A DNA stretch of 64,000 bases, taken from the NCBI GenBank assembly GCA_030704615.1, contig CM060732.1:70432001-70496000 (forward strand), read 5' to 3'. Position 1 is the stretch's first letter. Each line of letters opens with the position of its first letter. The translations under genes were made by a program, and so were the position numbers. Of the stretch, positions 61,112 through 64,000 are shown piece after piece. The notes under the pieces are model-generated. The model had not been told where the DNA came from. It ran no database searches and saw only the letters and a program-made list of their open reading frames with translations. Source of the DNA: Takakia lepidozioides. Taxonomy: Eukaryota; Plantae; Bryophyta.

Positions 61112-61720
61112 ATGGCTTCTTCTCTTTGTAAGAGCACTTCTGCAGTGACCAGCGGGTCTCTTGGATGGGTTCTGTACTGCATGATGTTGGGGACAGTTGT
61201 TCTTTCTTTGAAACTCTCTCCAGTTGAGTCGCGGTCCCTAGCTGTTGAAGGGGTTGGTGGTTTGGATGCAAAGGAGGCCATCACCACTGCACACCTCCAG
61301 GAGTGGAGGACTGACGTAGCGCAGGCAGCTAGCACAGTCAGGGTTGGGAACACTCTCAGCAACACTCAGGAGATCCAGGATGGTGAGGGGAGAAATTTGG
61401 CTGGATTGCGGTGCAATAAGAATGACATCAGAATCTCTCAACGGCTTGCAGGTTCTGGCATGTTTGGGCCCGAATTCAGTGTGCAGATTTCTAATGTCTG
61501 TCCGGTTAGAAATTCTCTAATCAGCAACATTCTTGTGCGCTGTGGGATGTTCTCCTCTGCAGTTTTGGTGAACCCAAATGTGTTCCGAAGAGTATCCCCT
61601 GGTGTTTGTTTGGTTAACAATGGCCTAGCGATGGCAACTAGTGACACAATCAACTTTGAGTATGTCACTACATTCTTATATCCAATGCATGTAATCTCTG
61701 CCACAATACTACGCGTATAG
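61112..61720 (+). CDS. TPD1 (TAPETUM DETERMINANT 1)-like secreted cysteine-rich protein, intronless
   Basis: Hydrophobic N-terminal segment, then RCNKNDIRISQ..PEFSVQISNVC..CGMFSSAVLVNPNVFRR..CLVNNG..INFEY..YPM. Confidence 0.85.
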   Translation: MASSLCKSTSAVTSGSLGWVLYCMMLGTVVLSLKLSPVESRSLAVEGVGGLDAKEAITTAHLQEWRTDVAQAASTVRVGNTLSNTQEIQDGEGRNLAGLRCNKNDIRISQRLAGSGMFGPEFSVQISNVCPVRNSLISNILVRCGMFSSAVLVNPNVFRRVSPGVCLVNNGLAMATSDTINFEYVTTFLYPMHVISATILRV

Positions 61721-62444
61721 GTCTTGTGTGAGATCAGAGTTGATCTCAGATCTATTGAAACTGCATGCTTGGTGTAGAGACCAGTTTTGCGGTTACTTTT
61801 AAATGGACTCTTCATCTCCCAAACCTGTGTTACAATGTTTCTCTCGTTTGTGTGCCCACTTTGACATAGGGCACTTATCAATAAATCCTTCTGGGCAGTG
61901 ACCTTTTATGATGTATCTCTTTTTCACTCTCATTCACTTTTGATATGGCATGCCTTACTAGTTATATTGAAGCACACATCTATACATGCTTTTCATTGAG
62001 TTCTTTGGGCGAGGACTGAGTTGGATATCGTTAATCATTGTTTCTCTACGAACTAGTTTCTGGGAGGCTGTGGAACATTTATCCGTCATGTTTGCAAGCC
62101 TACGTAGTAAGCTTCGCACTAAGTAGCATGTCTTGCCAATAAAAACAATGGATGGAGTGGGCGTGCTCATGATGATGCCATCTCAATTCAAAAACATACA
62201 AATTATACATATGATGCGCTACTCCCCCCACAGAAATCCACTTAACGTGTGGATCACTGGACTTGGCCTTCCATCCATCAAAAGAGCAACTATCTAGGTA
62301 GCTCGCAGATTGTAATTGAGAAGGAGACAAATTTTACGTAGCGCAAAGACAGAAAATAGACTGACGTATTATGTTCGAAGGTCAGACAAACAAGCTGCGT
62401 GTTGTTCCCTTCAAGGTATAAGAAGATCAACGTATGGAGGTAAA

Positions 62445-64000
62445 TGTTGGAGTTACAGTTCGCCCGTTAGTTACTAATTACTTACTGTAGAGAGTAATCT
62501 CTGATGTGACTAGATAGAATGATTAGCTAGACAGGCTACAACTATTCTGCATGACCCATGGGTGACTGTTGACATGCCGCCTGGCAATTGGTTTTTGAAC
62601 TGCTGATTCAAAGTGGGCCGCCGCCACTATTTTGAGTATATAGGGTGGAGGCTGTCCAAAGTACGATGATGGATGCATAGGTACACACAGAGTGTAGTAT
62701 CAAGGGTTAAGCATCACAGTGTCTTCTCAATGATCAATAAAAGTACTCTAGCTTACTCCAACTAAGTCTTGTGGTTGTCACTACTATGATACAGTAGCGT
62801 TGTTTTCCTAAAGGTTATGGGCCCACGTTTGCTGAAGCTGTAGGAATTAGTGATGACGTCCAAGGGCATAGAGATCAAGGAGTTGAGTAATATTGAGAGG
62901 TTTGATGGAGATAACTTCCAACTCTGGAAGTTCCAGATGCAGGTGGTTTTCAGATCGAAGAAACTACTTAGTCTAGTCGAGGGAGTGGAGACTAGAGCGA
63001 CAGCCGAGAATGAGGAGGTATGGGATGAGAGAGACAATGCAGCTACTATGCTCATATGTTCAGCAGCAAATAGGAAATACTTACAACAGTTGATCAATTG
63101 TAAATCTGCTGCGTTCATGTGGAACAAGTTGAAGTTAGTACATGAGCAGAACATGAGTTAGTACATAAGTGAGAACATCCATATCCTTCAGCAAAAGTTC
63201 TTTGAGTACAGAATAAGAGAGAACGATGATATTTCGACTCATATTAGTACCATTGAGTCTATGGCAAACAGATTGAGTGACCTAGGAGAGGCCACTTCAG
63301 AGAAAGCCGTGATTACAAAGATTGTGTGTAGTCTGCCGCCTAGTTACAGGCATCTTTTATCAGCGTGGGATAGTGTACTTCCTGAGAATAGAACATTGGG
63401 GAATCTAACATCGAGGTTCCTGAAGGAAGAGTCATTGAATAAAGAACGAGGGAATGCCGATGAGCAAGGAGATAGAGTTTTCTTCGCGAGAAAGGGAGGT
63501 AACCGAGCCGGTGGAAGTAGACTGCAAGAGAGACTGTCTGAGGAGCAGAAAAAGCAGCGCAATGAGAGAATCAGTGAGCTTAAGAAGAGAACCAGATGTA
63601 ATAATTGTGGAGAGAAAGGCCACTGGGAGAGGGAGTGTCCAAAGAAGAAGAGGGAGATCGATCTTGGAAGTAGTAGTGAGGTCAATCAAACTTCAGCCGA
63701 TGCAAGCACAGAAGAAAGAAGAGCCTATATAGCAGTATCCAAGGTTTTTGTTGTCATCAATGATAGAGATGACAGTTCAAATATCAAAAGAGAGTCTATT
63801 GTTGCACTCGCTTATGATGAAGGTGACAATATCTGGTATGCCGACGGTGGAGCAACCGAGTACATGACAGATAAGTTGAGATAGTTCAAGAATCTCAAGA
63901 GTGTTGAAGAAGGTCGATGGCCTGTGGCTGTTGCTGATGATCGACAAATTTGGGTTAGAGGAGTTGGTGACATTGATGTCAAGTGCTACGTACATGGCCA
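62445..64000 (+). mobile_element. Ty1/Copia LTR retrotransposon, 5' part (LTR ~62445-62812, PBS, gag, protease), degenerate; runs off the window
   Basis: TGTTGG start; TATA and AATAAA inside the LTR; PBS GGTTATGGGCCCAC; Gag RFDGDNFQLWKFQM and knuckle CNNCGEKGHWEREC; protease WYADGGATEYMT. Stops at 63159 and 63882. Confidence 0.88.
62813..62826 (+). other. Primer-binding site complementary to the anticodon arm of tRNA-iMet (half-tRNA priming)
   Basis: GGTTATGGGCCCAC is the reverse complement of GUGGGCCCAUAACC in plant initiator tRNA. Confidence 0.85.

Overview
Eukaryotic, intron-rich land-plant DNA, probably from a bryophyte; this is inferred from gene and repeat content. The first ~21 kb is a four-level nest of transposons: an L1-type LINE is split by a CACTA-like element (~774-20149). 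That element contains a decayed Ty3/Gypsy LTR retrotransposon (~3743-18672), which is in turn interrupted by a chromovirus (5579-12108). The standout is the outer Gypsy element. Its polyprotein reads Gag(2x CCHC)-protease-C5 DNA cytosine methyltransferase (DNMT3-like, motifs I-X)-RT-RNase H-integrase-PHD finger, so the retrotransposon carries its own DNA-methylation writer and a histone reader. This copy is inactivated by stops, frameshifts and a catalytic Cys>Tyr change. The rest of the window holds host genes on the + strand: an Alba-domain gene, an acylamino-acid-releasing enzyme (apparently missing its catalytic-His exon), a long-chain acyl-CoA synthetase, protochlorophyllide oxidoreductase and a TPD1-like secreted protein. 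Interspersed are a non-autonomous Helitron, LINE fragments, a tRNA-derived SINE family, an F-box pseudogene and the 5' end of a Copia element. Exon and element boundaries were read by eye and are approximate.
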